Under the pieces are notes generated by a model. It worked only from the letters and a program-made list of their open reading frames with translations. It was not told where the DNA came from and did not search any database. A stretch of 64,000 nucleotides of DNA from an uncultured Chlamydiae bacterium (lineage in GTDB: Bacteria; Chlamydiota; Chlamydiia; Chlamydiales; SM23-39), in assembly GCA_963730605.1 (NCBI GenBank), contig CAVSSM010000004.1, positions 17,712-81,711 on the forward strand, given 5' to 3'. Made by a program: the position numbers and the translations under genes. Of this stretch, positions 9,957 through 20,883 are shown one piece after another. Each line of letters begins with the position of its first letter. The stretch's first letter is position 1.

Positions 9957-12704
9957 ATGAATCAGAAAATCATCGAAATCCCTCACGAAATGCCTTCAAG
10001 GGTCGGCCCCTATTCCATCCTCGACAATCTCGGCAGAGGAGGAATGGGAGAGGTCTTTCTCGCCAAGGACCTCGCGTGCGGCCGCAAGGTGGCCTTAAAG
10101 CGGATCCGGCCCGACTTGAAGGGAAACAAGACGCTGCAAAGCCGATTTTTGCGGGAGGCCAAAGTCGCAAGTGCATTGACCCACCCTTCCATCATTCCCA
10201 TTCTTTCGGTCGAAATGAAGCCGCCCGATATCTATTACACGATGCCCTTTGTCGAAGGAGAGACCCTGCGCCAAATCCTCCGCAAAACCCGAGAGCAGGA
10301 AAAAAACGGCGAGGTTCTCCATCCGATCGGAAAATCGATTCCTTCTCTGACGAGGATCTTCCTTCAGGTGTGCGAGGCGGTCGCCTACACCCACTCGAAA
10401 GGGATCCTCCACCGCGACTTGAAACCGGAGAATATCATCGTCGGCAAATATGGCGAGGTGATGATCCTCGATTGGGGCATTGCCGATTACCTCGACCAAA
10501 TCAAGGATGAGGGAAAGCCAGCCGATATGGAGAATCCTGGGAGCATCGATCTCACTAGGCCGGGCAAAATCACAGGGACGCTTGCATACATGCCTCCCGA
10601 GCGGCTCACCGGAGGCGCCCTCCCTTCCGTCCAAACTGACGTATATGCCCTTGGGGTGATCCTCTATCAACTTCTCACCCTGCAGCTTCCTTTCCAACGC
10701 AAGACGATTGCGACCTTCCGCAAAACCCTCCATACAGAAGAGCTCACCGATCCCGTGGAGATGGCCCCTTACCGCGATGTCCCCCATGAGCTTGCGGCCG
10801 TCTGTAAGAAATGCCTGGCCCGCCACGCATCCGAGCGTTATGAAAACGTAGAGCAATTGATCGCGGAGGTGAAAAACTACATCGAAGGGAAGCCTGAATG
10901 GCTCTATTTGGGAGATCTCGACCTACAAAAAGAGAACGACTGGCAATTTAAGGAGCACATCCTGCTCGCTAAAAACATCGCGATCACCCGCTCGCTCGAC
11001 GTGACTGAATGGGCTGCGCTTGCCATTTCGCGCCGTTCTTTTCCGGAGAACATCCGGATGGATGCGGAAGTCAAAATGGGGATGAATGGCAAAGGGATTG
11101 GTTTTCTTTTGAGCGTGCCTGAAGCGGACGTCCGGAAAAGCCTTGAAGAGGGCTATTGCATCTGGCTGGGCTCTCAAAAAGACCCCTCCTGCCGCCTGTT
11201 CCGGAATAATGTCCAAGTCATGGAAGCGAAAGGGGTCTTCTTAAAACCGGGCAAGGAACACCGCATCCGGATCGAAAAGGCCGAAGAGCATCTGAAATTC
11301 TATTTGGATGGGCAGCTGCGCCTGGAACTTGCGAGCCATCTTCCTTTGGCAGGCACTCATGTAGGCTTTCTTCAAAGAGACGCCGATTTTCAATTGAAAA
11401 AATGGTCGTTTTACGACGGCAGCCATAATCTCATGGTCAATTGTTTGAGCGTCCCAAACGCTTTCTTGAGCCATAAGCTCTATGACTTGGCCTTGCGGGA
11501 ATATCGCCGCATCGGGCAATCGTTCCCAGGAAGGGCTGAAGGCCGCGAGGCCCTTTTCCGCGCAGGTCTTACCCTTCTCGAAAAAGGGAAGGCGGGGATG
11601 GAAGAGAAATTCGCCCATCTCGCCCTCAAGGAATTCGAAAAGCTTTACCGCACGCCCGGCGCGCCGATGGAATACCTTGGAAAATCTCTCGTCTATGAGG
11701 CGCTCGGCGACGCGGAAGAAGAGGCGAAATGCCTCGAGCTTGCTTTAAGAAAATTTCCCAAGCATTCGCTTCTGCCTATGCTCAAGGAACACATCGTTTA
11801 CCGGATGCACGAAAGCTCTCTGAACAATCGGGAAGCCGCTTACCGGATTATCCTCGTCGCGATAAGACACATACCCGATTTAATCGAAAACCCCGATACC
11901 AAGGATCTTCTGGCCAGCCTTCAAAAGAATTGGGAGACGCTCCCTTTCATCGAGGAGTCTTTAGACATCCTTCAGAACATGACAATCCCTCTTGCCTTCT
12001 GGCTCGGCAAAGCGCCTATTTTAGTCGAAATAGGAGAAACCCTATTGAAAAAAGAACCGGTCGATGAGATTTTGCTTGGCAATGTAGTCTTTTCCTTGAT
12101 CGAACTGGAAGCCATTGAGCAGGCAAAGAAATTTCTCGATCTCCCCTATCCCCGCATCTTAAAGATAAAGGACGCCTTGAAACCGATGAGCACGTTTGAG
12201 ATCCCTCTCACGCTGGGCAAATGGGAATGCCGCTGCCTCTACTACAAGATGCGGCGGGCGCTCAAGAAAGGAGAGATGGGGCCGTTGGAAAAAATGTATG
12301 CGGCTCTGGAGGGGCGCAAAATCCCGAAACTCTTCAAGAGCCTCTTCGACGCCATTGAACTTTGGCACTGCCTTTTGATGAAGGATTTTCGGCAGGCGGC
12401 GAAAATTTTCAACAAATACCCATCGGGCGCGGTAGCGCAAGAAACCTCCCCTCTCCACTTCCCCTTTGGGGCTTGGGTTTATTTGAAGGAAGGGTCTAAA
12501 GCCGCCGCGGCACACTTCGCCGCCGCTTTAGACACCCCCTACCCGCCGACAGCGGCCCTTCCCAGCCATTTCTTAGCGGGGCGCATAGGCGAAAAGAAGG
12601 GATGGATCGAGCGCGCCTTCTGGTGGGAAAAGAATGAACTCTACCGCCAACTCGACCTTTTCTACAAAGCGGTAGGCAAAAGAAATTACCCGAGTAAATT
12701 ATGA
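9957..12704 (+). CDS. pknD: Serine/threonine protein kinase PknD
   Basis: LGRGGMGEVFLA, VALKRI, ILHRDLKPEN, ILDWG, GTLAYMPPE; long C-terminal region; upstream of valS as in chlamydiae. Confidence 0.9.
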   Translation: MNQKIIEIPHEMPSRVGPYSILDNLGRGGMGEVFLAKDLACGRKVALKRIRPDLKGNKTLQSRFLREAKVASALTHPSIIPILSVEMKPPDIYYTMPFVEGETLRQILRKTREQEKNGEVLHPIGKSIPSLTRIFLQVCEAVAYTHSKGILHRDLKPENIIVGKYGEVMILDWGIADYLDQIKDEGKPADMENPGSIDLTRPGKITGTLAYMPPERLTGGALPSVQTDVYALGVILYQLLTLQLPFQRKTIATFRKTLHTEELTDPVEMAPYRDVPHELAAVCKKCLARHASERYENVEQLIAEVKNYIEGKPEWLYLGDLDLQKENDWQFKEHILLAKNIAITRSLDVTEWAALAISRRSFPENIRMDAEVKMGMNGKGIGFLLSVPEADVRKSLEEGYCIWLGSQKDPSCRLFRNNVQVMEAKGVFLKPGKEHRIRIEKAEEHLKFYLDGQLRLELASHLPLAGTHVGFLQRDADFQLKKWSFYDGSHNLMVNCLSVPNAFLSHKLYDLALREYRRIGQSFPGRAEGREALFRAGLTLLEKGKAGMEEKFAHLALKEFEKLYRTPGAPMEYLGKSLVYEALGDAEEEAKCLELALRKFPKHSLLPMLKEHIVYRMHESSLNNREAAYRIILVAIRHIPDLIENPDTKDLLASLQKNWETLPFIEESLDILQNMTIPLAFWLGKAPILVEIGETLLKKEPVDEILLGNVVFSLIELEAIEQAKKFLDLPYPRILKIKDALKPMSTFEIPLTLGKWECRCLYYKMRRALKKGEMGPLEKMYAALEGRKIPKLFKSLFDAIELWHCLLMKDFRQAAKIFNKYPSGAVAQETSPLHFPFGAWVYLKEGSKAAAAHFAAALDTPYPPTAALPSHFLAGRIGEKKGWIERAFWWEKNELYRQLDLFYKAVGKRNYPSKL

Positions 12705-13243
12705 GAAAGTTACCGATTGTCAAATCCTCCCGCATAGTTCACGACGGATTCGTCTCGCTGCGCGAAGACCTTTTGGAGCAAGACGGCGGACGCGTCCAGC
12801 CCATGAACACGTTCATATGCGTCGATGCCACGACCCTGCTCGCCCAAGACGCAAAGGGGCGATGGATCCTTAATTCCGAATATCGCCATCCGACGGGACA
12901 AATCCTCCTCGGGTGCCCGGGAGGACGGTTGGAGGCAGGGGAAGACCCGGTAGCAGGAGGGAAACGGGAGTTTTTCGAGGAGACAGGATATTGGGCCGAT
13001 GATGTCGTAATCCTCGGCTGCTCTTATCCATTCCCCGGCCTCTGCAACCAGAAGATCTATCATCTTTTGGCCATTGGAGCTGTCAAAAAGGGAGATCCGA
13101 AGCACGATCCGTTCGAGTTCATCGAGACGGAGCTTTTGACCGACGAGGAGCTCCGGAAACGGATTTTAAGCGGCGCGCCTCTAGACGGGATCTTGCTGAC
13201 AGCCCTTTGGTTATATTCTCAAAAAAAAGACCATTTTTGTTAA
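12701..13243 (+). CDS. NUDIX hydrolase (ADP-ribose pyrophosphatase-like)
   Basis: PGGRLEAGEDPVAGGKREFFEETGY Nudix box. Confidence 0.85.
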   Translation: MRKLPIVKSSRIVHDGFVSLREDLLEQDGGRVQPMNTFICVDATTLLAQDAKGRWILNSEYRHPTGQILLGCPGGRLEAGEDPVAGGKREFFEETGYWADDVVILGCSYPFPGLCNQKIYHLLAIGAVKKGDPKHDPFEFIETELLTDEELRKRILSGAPLDGILLTALWLYSQKKDHFC

Positions 13244-13252
13244 TATTTTCCC

Positions 13253-16054
13253 ATGACAACTCTTTCTACCGCCTACGATCCGAAACTTGTCGAAGAAAAG
13301 TGGTCTTCCTTTTGGAAAGAAGGGGGCTATTTCAAAGCCGATCCCCTCTCGGAAAAACCTCCGTTTTGCATCGTCATTCCCCCTCCCAACGTGACGGGGG
13401 CTCTCCACATGGGACATGCCCTTGTAGATACGGTCCAAGACATCCTGATCCGCTGGAAGAGGATGCAAGGCTTCGAAGCCCTTTGGGTTCCAGGAACCGA
13501 CCACGCCGGCATTGCCACCCAAACCGTCGTTGAGCGCAACCTTTTCGTCCAAACCGGAAAACGGCGAAAGGATATGGGCAGGGAAGAGTTCTTGGCCCTT
13601 GTCTGGGATTGGAAAGAAAAATGCGAGGGCCAAATCTTAGGCCAGCTCGAAAAGCTCGGCTGTTCTTGCGATTGGTCGCGTCTTCGGTTCACCATGGACG
13701 AAGGGAATAACCGCGCGGTTCGCACCGCATTCAAGAAGATGTTCGACGACGGGCTTATCTACCGCGGCGATTACCTAGTCAACTGGGACCCTGTACAGCA
13801 GACGGCTCTTTCCGACGACGAAGTGGAACATGAAGAGAGGCCGTCCTTCCTTTGGCATATCCGCTATCCCCTCGCAGACGGCGATTCCATCACCGTCGCT
13901 ACCACCCGTCCCGAAACGATGCTCGGCGACACTGGCGTCGCAGTCCACCCTAGCGACGGACGCTACGCGGCCTATATCGGCAAGACTGTCCGGCTGCCTT
14001 TGATGGACCGGGAGATTCCCGTGATTGCAGATCCTTTCGTCGATCCGGCCTTCGGGACCGGCGCTGTGAAAATCACCCCTGCCCATGATTTCAACGATTT
14101 CGAAATGGGGATCCGCCATCATCTACCCCGCATCAACATCCTAACGCCCGATGCCCGCATCAACGAGGCGGGGGGATCGTTTGCCGGCCTTTCTGTGGAA
14201 GAGGCCCGGATCGCCGTTGTCCATGAACTGAAAAAACAAGGCTTTTTAGTCAAAGTCGATCCCCATTTTCTCCGAGTCGGCGTTTCCTACCGATCGAAAG
14301 CCGTGATCCAGCCCTATCTATCCAAACAATGGTTCGTCAAAATGACCTATTTCAAGGATCGGCTCATTTCGGCCGTGAAGGAAAAGCGGATTAAACTCAT
14401 CCCTCCCTATTGGGAAGAGACCTATTTTCATTGGATCGAAAACTTGCGGGATTGGTGCATTTCGCGCCAGCTTTGGTGGGGCCACCGGATCCCGATCTGG
14501 TATGGCAAAGGCGGCGAAGTCCTTTGCTGGGAAGGAGCTCACGCTCCCCCTGAGGCTGAAAAAGACCCGTCCTATTGGACACAGGATGTTGATGTTTTGG
14601 ACACTTGGTTTTCATCTGCCCTTTGGCCGTTCAGCACGCTCGGCTGGCCGGCAAAAACCCAGGAGCTCAAAAAATTTTATCCCACATCGGTCTTGGTCAC
14701 TGCCCACGACATCCTCTTTTTCTGGGTCGCCCGGATGATCCTGATGGGAGAATACATCATGAAGGCCCCCCCTTTCCATGAGACATTCCTCCACGGGCTC
14801 ATCTACGGCAAATCGTACTGGAAGAAAAACTCGGACGGCTCGGCGGCCTACATCATGGGCGAAGAGAAAATGAAATATGATCTTGGCTCTTCCTTGTCGG
14901 CGGACGTTGAATCGAAATGGGAAAAGATGTCCAAGACGAAAGGCAATATCATCGACCCCCTTGAGGTGATCTCGACCTTCGGCACCGACGCTCTTAGGAT
15001 CGCCCTCTGTTCCAGCCTCACTCATGCGCGGCAGATCGACCTGGACCGCAGGAGATTCGAAGAGTATAAGAATTTCGCCAACAAGATCTGGAACGGCGCC
15101 CGTTTTGTCTTCCTCAACCTCGAAGGGCTCGCTCTTGAATCAGGCATCGACCGGCAGCTCTTTACCCTTGAAGACCGATGGATCCTCTCCGTCTTGAACC
15201 GGACGATCCGCGAGATCAACCAAGCCTTAAGCCACTACTCTTTCGATAGGGCCGCGGCAAGAAGTTATGAATTCTTCTGGAATGATTTTTGCGCAGTGTA
15301 TCTGGAAACCGTCAAACCGGTCCTTTTCGGGCGGACGGGCTCATCTGAGCTCAAAACCAACAAACAAAAAATCCTCATCGTCCTCCTCCTCAGCTCAATC
15401 CGCCTCCTCCACCCGATTACTCCCTTCATTACTGAGGAGATCTTTTCGCTTCTCAAAGCGGCGTTCCCCCATCTTCCTCTCCTGAATGGCGATCCGTATC
15501 TCTACGACGCAAGCGTCGCTTTAAGCTCTCCTGCATGCATCGTAACCCCTTATCCTAAAGTTCTCGAGGAGTCCGATATCGATCCCGAAATCGAAAAAAC
15601 CTTTACCGCCATGAACGATCTCATCCGGGCGATCCGCAACATTCGCACCGAGATGCAAATCTCCCCCGCCGAAAAGACGGATCTTTATTTTTCCGGGGAC
15701 AAGTCAGCCGAATGGGAGCTGGCTGAGGCTCACCAGGAGATCATCCTCGCCCTGACCCCCACGGCAAAGATCCTCTTTTCAAAGAATGAGCCCAAACTTT
15801 TCGGAAGCTCCGCTCTTTGGGGCAGTTTGAAACTGACGATCCCCATCCCCGAATCTCTCAAGGCAAAAGAACGCACTCGCCTCGAGAAAGAAAAAGAAAA
15901 ACTCGAGAAGATGAGAGTTGGAACTGAGGCGAAACTCGCGAACGCAGAATTCCGTACAAGGGCTCCTCAAGAAATTGTCAATCAACTCGAGCAAAATCTT
16001 GCTCAGACAAAGAGGCAACTGGGCGACATTCAAGAACAACTAAAAAGGCTTTAG
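13253..16054 (+). CDS. valS: Valine--tRNA ligase
   Basis: PPPNVTGALHMGH, DWCISRQLWWGH, KMSKT, C-terminal coiled coil. Confidence 0.98.
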   Translation: MTTLSTAYDPKLVEEKWSSFWKEGGYFKADPLSEKPPFCIVIPPPNVTGALHMGHALVDTVQDILIRWKRMQGFEALWVPGTDHAGIATQTVVERNLFVQTGKRRKDMGREEFLALVWDWKEKCEGQILGQLEKLGCSCDWSRLRFTMDEGNNRAVRTAFKKMFDDGLIYRGDYLVNWDPVQQTALSDDEVEHEERPSFLWHIRYPLADGDSITVATTRPETMLGDTGVAVHPSDGRYAAYIGKTVRLPLMDREIPVIADPFVDPAFGTGAVKITPAHDFNDFEMGIRHHLPRINILTPDARINEAGGSFAGLSVEEARIAVVHELKKQGFLVKVDPHFLRVGVSYRSKAVIQPYLSKQWFVKMTYFKDRLISAVKEKRIKLIPPYWEETYFHWIENLRDWCISRQLWWGHRIPIWYGKGGEVLCWEGAHAPPEAEKDPSYWTQDVDVLDTWFSSALWPFSTLGWPAKTQELKKFYPTSVLVTAHDILFFWVARMILMGEYIMKAPPFHETFLHGLIYGKSYWKKNSDGSAAYIMGEEKMKYDLGSSLSADVESKWEKMSKTKGNIIDPLEVISTFGTDALRIALCSSLTHARQIDLDRRRFEEYKNFANKIWNGARFVFLNLEGLALESGIDRQLFTLEDRWILSVLNRTIREINQALSHYSFDRAAARSYEFFWNDFCAVYLETVKPVLFGRTGSSELKTNKQKILIVLLLSSIRLLHPITPFITEEIFSLLKAAFPHLPLLNGDPYLYDASVALSSPACIVTPYPKVLEESDIDPEIEKTFTAMNDLIRAIRNIRTEMQISPAEKTDLYFSGDKSAEWELAEAHQEIILALTPTAKILFSKNEPKLFGSSALWGSLKLTIPIPESLKAKERTRLEKEKEKLEKMRVGTEAKLANAEFRTRAPQEIVNQLEQNLAQTKRQLGDIQEQLKRL

Positions 16055-16093
16055 CATCTCGTAAAATCTCGGATGACCCTCTTCAGATCCTTT

Positions 16094-16381
16094 CTACAAC
16101 GTAGAGGAATGCTGATCTCTCACTTCAACATTTGATGCGCCCGCCTGCCGTCTTCCATATGTTTTGGTTCGGCAGGCAATCCCTGCCTTAATATAAAGGG
16201 AATTCCTCGATTCTCCGAAAGGTAAAAAATAAAATTTTATCGGTTTTTTTTCGCAATTCGATTCGATTATTTTCTGAAATTGATGTTCATAGTCCTTATT
16301 GAGACATCCCATCAAAATGGCAATGTTTTGCTTATTCGAAGTTTGCGCCGTAACCATATTGTACAAAGTCGAGCTGACATG
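16094..16381 (-). pseudogene. Probable remnant of an orphan gene with a family-A MITE end near its start
   Basis: GGAGAG-ATG at 16379-16381 is out of frame with the 90-aa ORF; ATTGTACAAAGTCGAG (16358-16373) equals the MITE A terminus; AT-rich upstream. Confidence 0.35.
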
Positions 16382-16516
16382 ATTCTCTCCTAGCGTTTAT
16401 TCACAACATTATAGAAAAAGTAAATTTATTTTGCAATATTATTCATATAATATTATTTATTTAAACACTTTTTTAATTAACTATGTAGAAAAAATTTAAA
16501 AAAACTCCTTCAGCTC

Positions 16517-17884
16517 TTAACTAGTCGTAGTCTTCCGTTCGAATTTGAGGAGTTTTTCGAATTCGCGCGTCTCGGCTACAACGATCGCCGATAGGCCCAA
16601 AAGCCCGACCAGGTTCGGAAACGCCATCAGCCCATTCATGATATTGGCAAAACTCCAGACAGCGTTCAGGCTCGAGGTGGCTCCCGGGATAAGGACTAGG
16701 GTAAACAAAACTCGGTACCAGCGGACGGCAGAGAGCCCGAAAAGATACTCGGTGCACTTTTCCCCGTAGTAGGCCCAGCCGAGGATCGTCGAATAACCGA
16801 AAAAGATGAGCGATAAGATCACAAGGGTTGCCCCAAAAGGAATCGCGCTTTTGAAGGCTTCCAAGGCGAGATGCGCTCCATTTAAAGTGGCGCCATCGGG
16901 ACCGGGCTGGCCCAAAAGACCACTCACGGCAATCGCAAGGCCAGTGATGGTGCAGATGATGATCGATGTGATGAACACTCCGCTCATCGATATGAGCGCT
17001 TGCCTGCCAGGGACGTCGGTCTTCGCGGCCGCCGCAGCGATCGGGGCTGTCCCCAATCCCGCTTCGTTGGAAAATACGCTCCTCGATACACCGAATTGAA
17101 TGGCCATCATCAGCGTCGAGCCGGCAAATCCCCCCGCCGCGGCCTTCCCTGAAAAGGCCTGGATGAAGATTTCCTTGAATGCGGCGCCGAGCATGTCAAA
17201 GTTGAGAACGATGAGGAGAAGACCTCCGAGAATGTAGAAGAGAGACATGGCTGGCACAAGCCAGCTCGACATCTTGCCGATGCTCTTGACCCCGCCGAAA
17301 AGAGCTGCGCCTGTAACGGCGGCAAGGACGATCCCGATCCAAAGGGGATCGACATACTCCTTAGCCGCGGCGGCAATCGAGTTGGCCTGAACCATGTTTC
17401 CTGTCACCAAGGCCGTGAGCGCACCGGCTATTGCAAAAAATACTGCGAGGCCTTTCGATTTCAAACCCTTCTCGAGATAGATCATCGGCCCGCCGCACAT
17501 TTCCCCCTTCTTGTCTTGGGTCCGATATTTGACGGCCAGGATGGCTTCCGCATATTTAGTCGCCATGCCGATCAAAGAGGCGACCCACATCCAAAAGAGG
17601 GAACCCAGCCCTCCCAGCGCAATCGCGGTAGCGACGCCTGCAATGCTCCCGATCCCAATCATGCCCGCAAGCGCCATCATCAGCGACTGGAACTGGCTGA
17701 TATCTCCTTGCGCCGCGCCATCTTGCCGGGTTAGAGCCAATTTGATCGAATAGCCCAAATAGCGAAATTGGATCCCTCTCAGCGCATACGTCAAGTAGAG
17801 GCCGACCGATGTTAGAAGAAACAAGAGCGGAGCGCCCCAGACCCAGTTTTCTATCCGAGAGAGCCACGATTCGAATGGGGACAT
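16517..17884 (-). CDS. Sodium:alanine/glycine symporter (AGCS family)
   Basis: GDISQFQSL, TKYAEAILAVKYR, GGPMIYL, FSNEAGLGTAP, GWAYYGEKC. Confidence 0.95.
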   Translation of the reverse strand: MSPFESWLSRIENWVWGAPLLFLLTSVGLYLTYALRGIQFRYLGYSIKLALTRQDGAAQGDISQFQSLMMALAGMIGIGSIAGVATAIALGGLGSLFWMWVASLIGMATKYAEAILAVKYRTQDKKGEMCGGPMIYLEKGLKSKGLAVFFAIAGALTALVTGNMVQANSIAAAAKEYVDPLWIGIVLAAVTGAALFGGVKSIGKMSSWLVPAMSLFYILGGLLLIVLNFDMLGAAFKEIFIQAFSGKAAAGGFAGSTLMMAIQFGVSRSVFSNEAGLGTAPIAAAAAKTDVPGRQALISMSGVFITSIIICTITGLAIAVSGLLGQPGPDGATLNGAHLALEAFKSAIPFGATLVILSLIFFGYSTILGWAYYGEKCTEYLFGLSAVRWYRVLFTLVLIPGATSSLNAVWSFANIMNGLMAFPNLVGLLGLSAIVVAETREFEKLLKFERKTTTS

Positions 17885-17980
17885 AATTTCTTCCTAAAAT
17901 TAATTTCGAAGGTCTATGATATAAAGCGTTCGACTTTTTGTCCCTCGCAAAAAACCATATTGGACGTAAGAAATTTTTCT

Positions 17981-18994
17981 ATGAACTGTCTGCCCTCTCC
18001 CATCGCGCTGAAACGGCAGTTCCCCTCTCCCTCCTTTCCCCTGCAGGCTCGCAAAAAGGCGGAAGAGATCCTTTTGGGCAAGGAAAACCGGCTCGCAGTC
18101 TTAGTGGGCCCTTGCTCGATCCACGACGTGGAAGCCGCCTTGGATTATGCGGGGAGGCTCAAAATCATCGCCGAGAAAGTCGAAGAGACCTTATTTCTCG
18201 TTATGCGCGTATTTCTCGAAAAGCCCCGTACAAGGTCCGGGTGGAAAGGGATCTTGTACGACCCTCATCTCGACGCCTCGCACGATATAGGTTCGGGGCT
18301 AAAAGTTGCCAGGGAACTCCTCGTCAGCCTGGCCGAGCTCGGAGTGCCGGCCGCTACAGAACTCCTCGACCCTCTCGCCTCCTTCTACTTTGACGATCTC
18401 ATCACATGGGGGATGATCGGAACCAGGACCTCCGCCTCCCAGGTCCATAGGCAAATGGCCTCGCGGCTTCCTTTCCCGGTCGGCTTCAAAAACGATCTGC
18501 TCGGATTTCTTGAACCTGCGATCTTGGGGATCCTATCAGCCCGAAAGCCCCACTCCCAGATCGGCCTCGACCCCTATGGAAGGGTCAGCAGGGTCGAGTC
18601 GAAGGGCAATCCCTTGACCCATCTTGTCCTCCGCGGCTCGGACAAGGGGCCTAATTGCGATGCGGCCTCTCTGGTCTATGCCCTCAAACGGCTTGCCGAA
18701 CACCAGTTGGATGCGCGGCTCCTTGTCGATTGTTCTCATGGCAATTCGGGGAAAAACATCGAGCGGCAAAAAGAGGCGTTCCTTTCCTTGATCGAGCATG
18801 CCTCTTCCGGCAGCCGCGGCATCGCGGGCCTAATGTTGGAGAGCCATCTTTTTGGCGGGAAACAACCCTACACCGAAGACTCTTCAAACCTTGCCTATGG
18901 AGTATCGATTACCGACCCCTGTCTTTCTTGGGAGGAAACCGAGGAGCTGCTCCTGTGGGCCAACGAGAAGCTGTCCCTAGTCCAGATAAAATAG
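17981..18994 (+). CDS. aroG: 3-deoxy-7-phosphoheptulonate (DAHP) synthase, class I AroG/F/H type
   Basis: VGPCSIHD, EKPRTxxGWKG, PVGFKN, VDCSHGNS, YGVSITDPCLSW. Confidence 0.92.
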   Translation: MNCLPSPIALKRQFPSPSFPLQARKKAEEILLGKENRLAVLVGPCSIHDVEAALDYAGRLKIIAEKVEETLFLVMRVFLEKPRTRSGWKGILYDPHLDASHDIGSGLKVARELLVSLAELGVPAATELLDPLASFYFDDLITWGMIGTRTSASQVHRQMASRLPFPVGFKNDLLGFLEPAILGILSARKPHSQIGLDPYGRVSRVESKGNPLTHLVLRGSDKGPNCDAASLVYALKRLAEHQLDARLLVDCSHGNSGKNIERQKEAFLSLIEHASSGSRGIAGLMLESHLFGGKQPYTEDSSNLAYGVSITDPCLSWEETEELLLWANEKLSLVQIK

Positions 18995-19008
18995 CCTCCA
19001 CGACAATC

Positions 19009-20802
19009 CTAATGAACTATGATGAGATTCACATTTGCCAAAACTGCAAGCCCGGCATCGGTGGTCTGAAGGCCCCGGCTTAGGCTAAGGTTGGTGAGTT
19101 TTGCCAAAGTTGCCAAAGAAGCAAGCCCGGCATCAGTGATCCGATAGCACCATCTCAGAGTGAGGCTGGTGAGATTCTCCAAATTTGCCAAAGACGCAAG
19201 CCCGGCGTCGGTGATTTGACAGCACCAGCTCAGATCGAGGCTGGTGAGATTTGTTAAATTTGCCAAAGACGCAAGCCCGGCGTTGGTGACCCGTTCGCAC
19301 CCTGCCAGGCTGAGGCTGGTGAGATTTGCCCAAGTTGCCAGGTGCTGCAGCCCATTGTCGGTGATCAGATAGCAGGATGCCAAGTTGAGGCTGGTGAAAT
19401 TTGCCAAAGAAATTGCTAGGAGCTGCAGCCCGGCGTCGGTGATACCGCACCCTGCCAGGTTGAGGCTGGTGAGATTTGCCAAAGTCGCCAGAGATGCAAG
19501 ACCGACATCGGTAATATCGCACTCTGCCAGGCTGAGGCTGGTGAGATTTGCCAAATTTGCCAGAGATGGAAGACCGACATCGGTAATCCGAAGGCATCCT
19601 TTTAGATCGAGGCTGGTGAGCTTTGCCAAAGTTGCCAAAGACGCAAGCCCGGCGTCGGTGATCCGTTCGCACCCTGCCAGGTTGAGGCTGGTGAGATTTG
19701 CCAAATTTGCCAAAGACGCAAGCCCGGCGTCGGTGATTTGATAGCACCAGCTCAGATCGAGGCTGGTGAGATTTGCCAAAGTCGCCAAAGACGCAAGCCC
19801 GGCGTTAGAGATTTCATAGCATCCTGCCAGGCTAAGGCTTGTGAGATTTGCCCAAGTCGCCAGAGATGCAAGACCGACATCGGTAATATCGCACCCTGCC
19901 AGGTTGAGGCTGGTGAGATTTGCCCAAGTCGCCAGAGATGCAAGACCGACATCGGTAATATCGCACCCTGCCAGGTTGAGGCTGGTGAGATTTGCCAAAT
20001 TTGCCAGAGGCTGCAGCCCAGCATCGGTAATCCGACGGCATCCTTCCAGATCGAGGCTGGTGAGATTTGCCAAATTTGCCAGAGGCTGCAGCCCAGCATC
20101 GGTAATCCGACGGCATCCTTCCAGATCGAGGCTGGTGAGATTCTCCAAATTTGCCAAAAACGCAAGCCCGGCGTTAGAGATTTCATAGCATCCTGCCAGG
20201 CTAAGGCTTGTGAGATTTTTTAAATTTGCCAGGTACTGCAGCCCGGTGTCGCTGAGATTGCCGTTTCGTGCATTAATTTCAATAATGTTAGGAAAACGCA
20301 AAATAATATTTTGCAGCTCTGAATTAGTAATGTCACTGTTTGATAAATCAAGTTTTAACGGTATTAACTTTATTGAAAGATTTAGATTGAATGCTCTGAA
20401 AAAATTTGGATCGACTGCTCTGAGTTCTCTAATCTCTTTCAAGGTAATCGGATATCTGCCTGTCACTTTGTCTTCGAAACGACGAATGGCGGCCATAAAA
20501 GGGTTTTTAGCCAGGTTTTGCTTCTGTTCTGTCGAAGCGAGGGCTGCATTGTCTCTCCGGTTTAAAAATTTCTGGATGTTTACCAATACTTCGTCGGGCA
20601 TTGAAGAAAGAGAGGGAGGAGGGGGGCGCCTGAGTAAGCGCAAGCAGCGGCTTACGAAATCCGGCATCCACGCGAGTGTCTGGCCCATTACAGTAAGTCC
20701 CAAAACTGATACAGGATCTGAAACTCTTAGATACTTAGCGGCCACCCCCGTTATCCCTATACCAACCCCAATTTTTACAGCCGCATTAATCTTCACAAGC
20801 AC
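19009..20802 (-). CDS. F-box-like plus leucine-rich repeat effector-like protein
   Basis: LSSMPDEVLVNIQKFL F-box-like motif, then about 16 Cys-containing 24-25 aa LRRs (LANLTSLxLAGCxxITDAGL); true start uncertain. Confidence 0.85.
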   Translation of the reverse strand: MLVKINAAVKIGVGIGITGVAAKYLRVSDPVSVLGLTVMGQTLAWMPDFVSRCLRLLRRPPPPSLSSMPDEVLVNIQKFLNRRDNAALASTEQKQNLAKNPFMAAIRRFEDKVTGRYPITLKEIRELRAVDPNFFRAFNLNLSIKLIPLKLDLSNSDITNSELQNIILRFPNIIEINARNGNLSDTGLQYLANLKNLTSLSLAGCYEISNAGLAFLANLENLTSLDLEGCRRITDAGLQPLANLANLTSLDLEGCRRITDAGLQPLANLANLTSLNLAGCDITDVGLASLATWANLTSLNLAGCDITDVGLASLATWANLTSLSLAGCYEISNAGLASLATLANLTSLDLSWCYQITDAGLASLANLANLTSLNLAGCERITDAGLASLATLAKLTSLDLKGCLRITDVGLPSLANLANLTSLSLAECDITDVGLASLATLANLTSLNLAGCGITDAGLQLLAISLANFTSLNLASCYLITDNGLQHLATWANLTSLSLAGCERVTNAGLASLANLTNLTSLDLSWCCQITDAGLASLANLENLTSLTLRWCYRITDAGLASLATLAKLTNLSLSRGLQTTDAGLAVLANVNLIIVH

Positions 20803-20883
20803 CTTCTTGAATGAATTATTTTAAAAATTAATGAAATTATAACAGATGAAAAAATACAATACAATAAGTATTTACAAGTGTAA

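Noticed and set aside
19070..20230. 72-75 bp periodic repeats as CRISPR or a non-coding array
   Set aside because: Fully explained by LRR codons; the alternative-frame and antisense ORFs here and at 37030-38064 are shadows of the repeats
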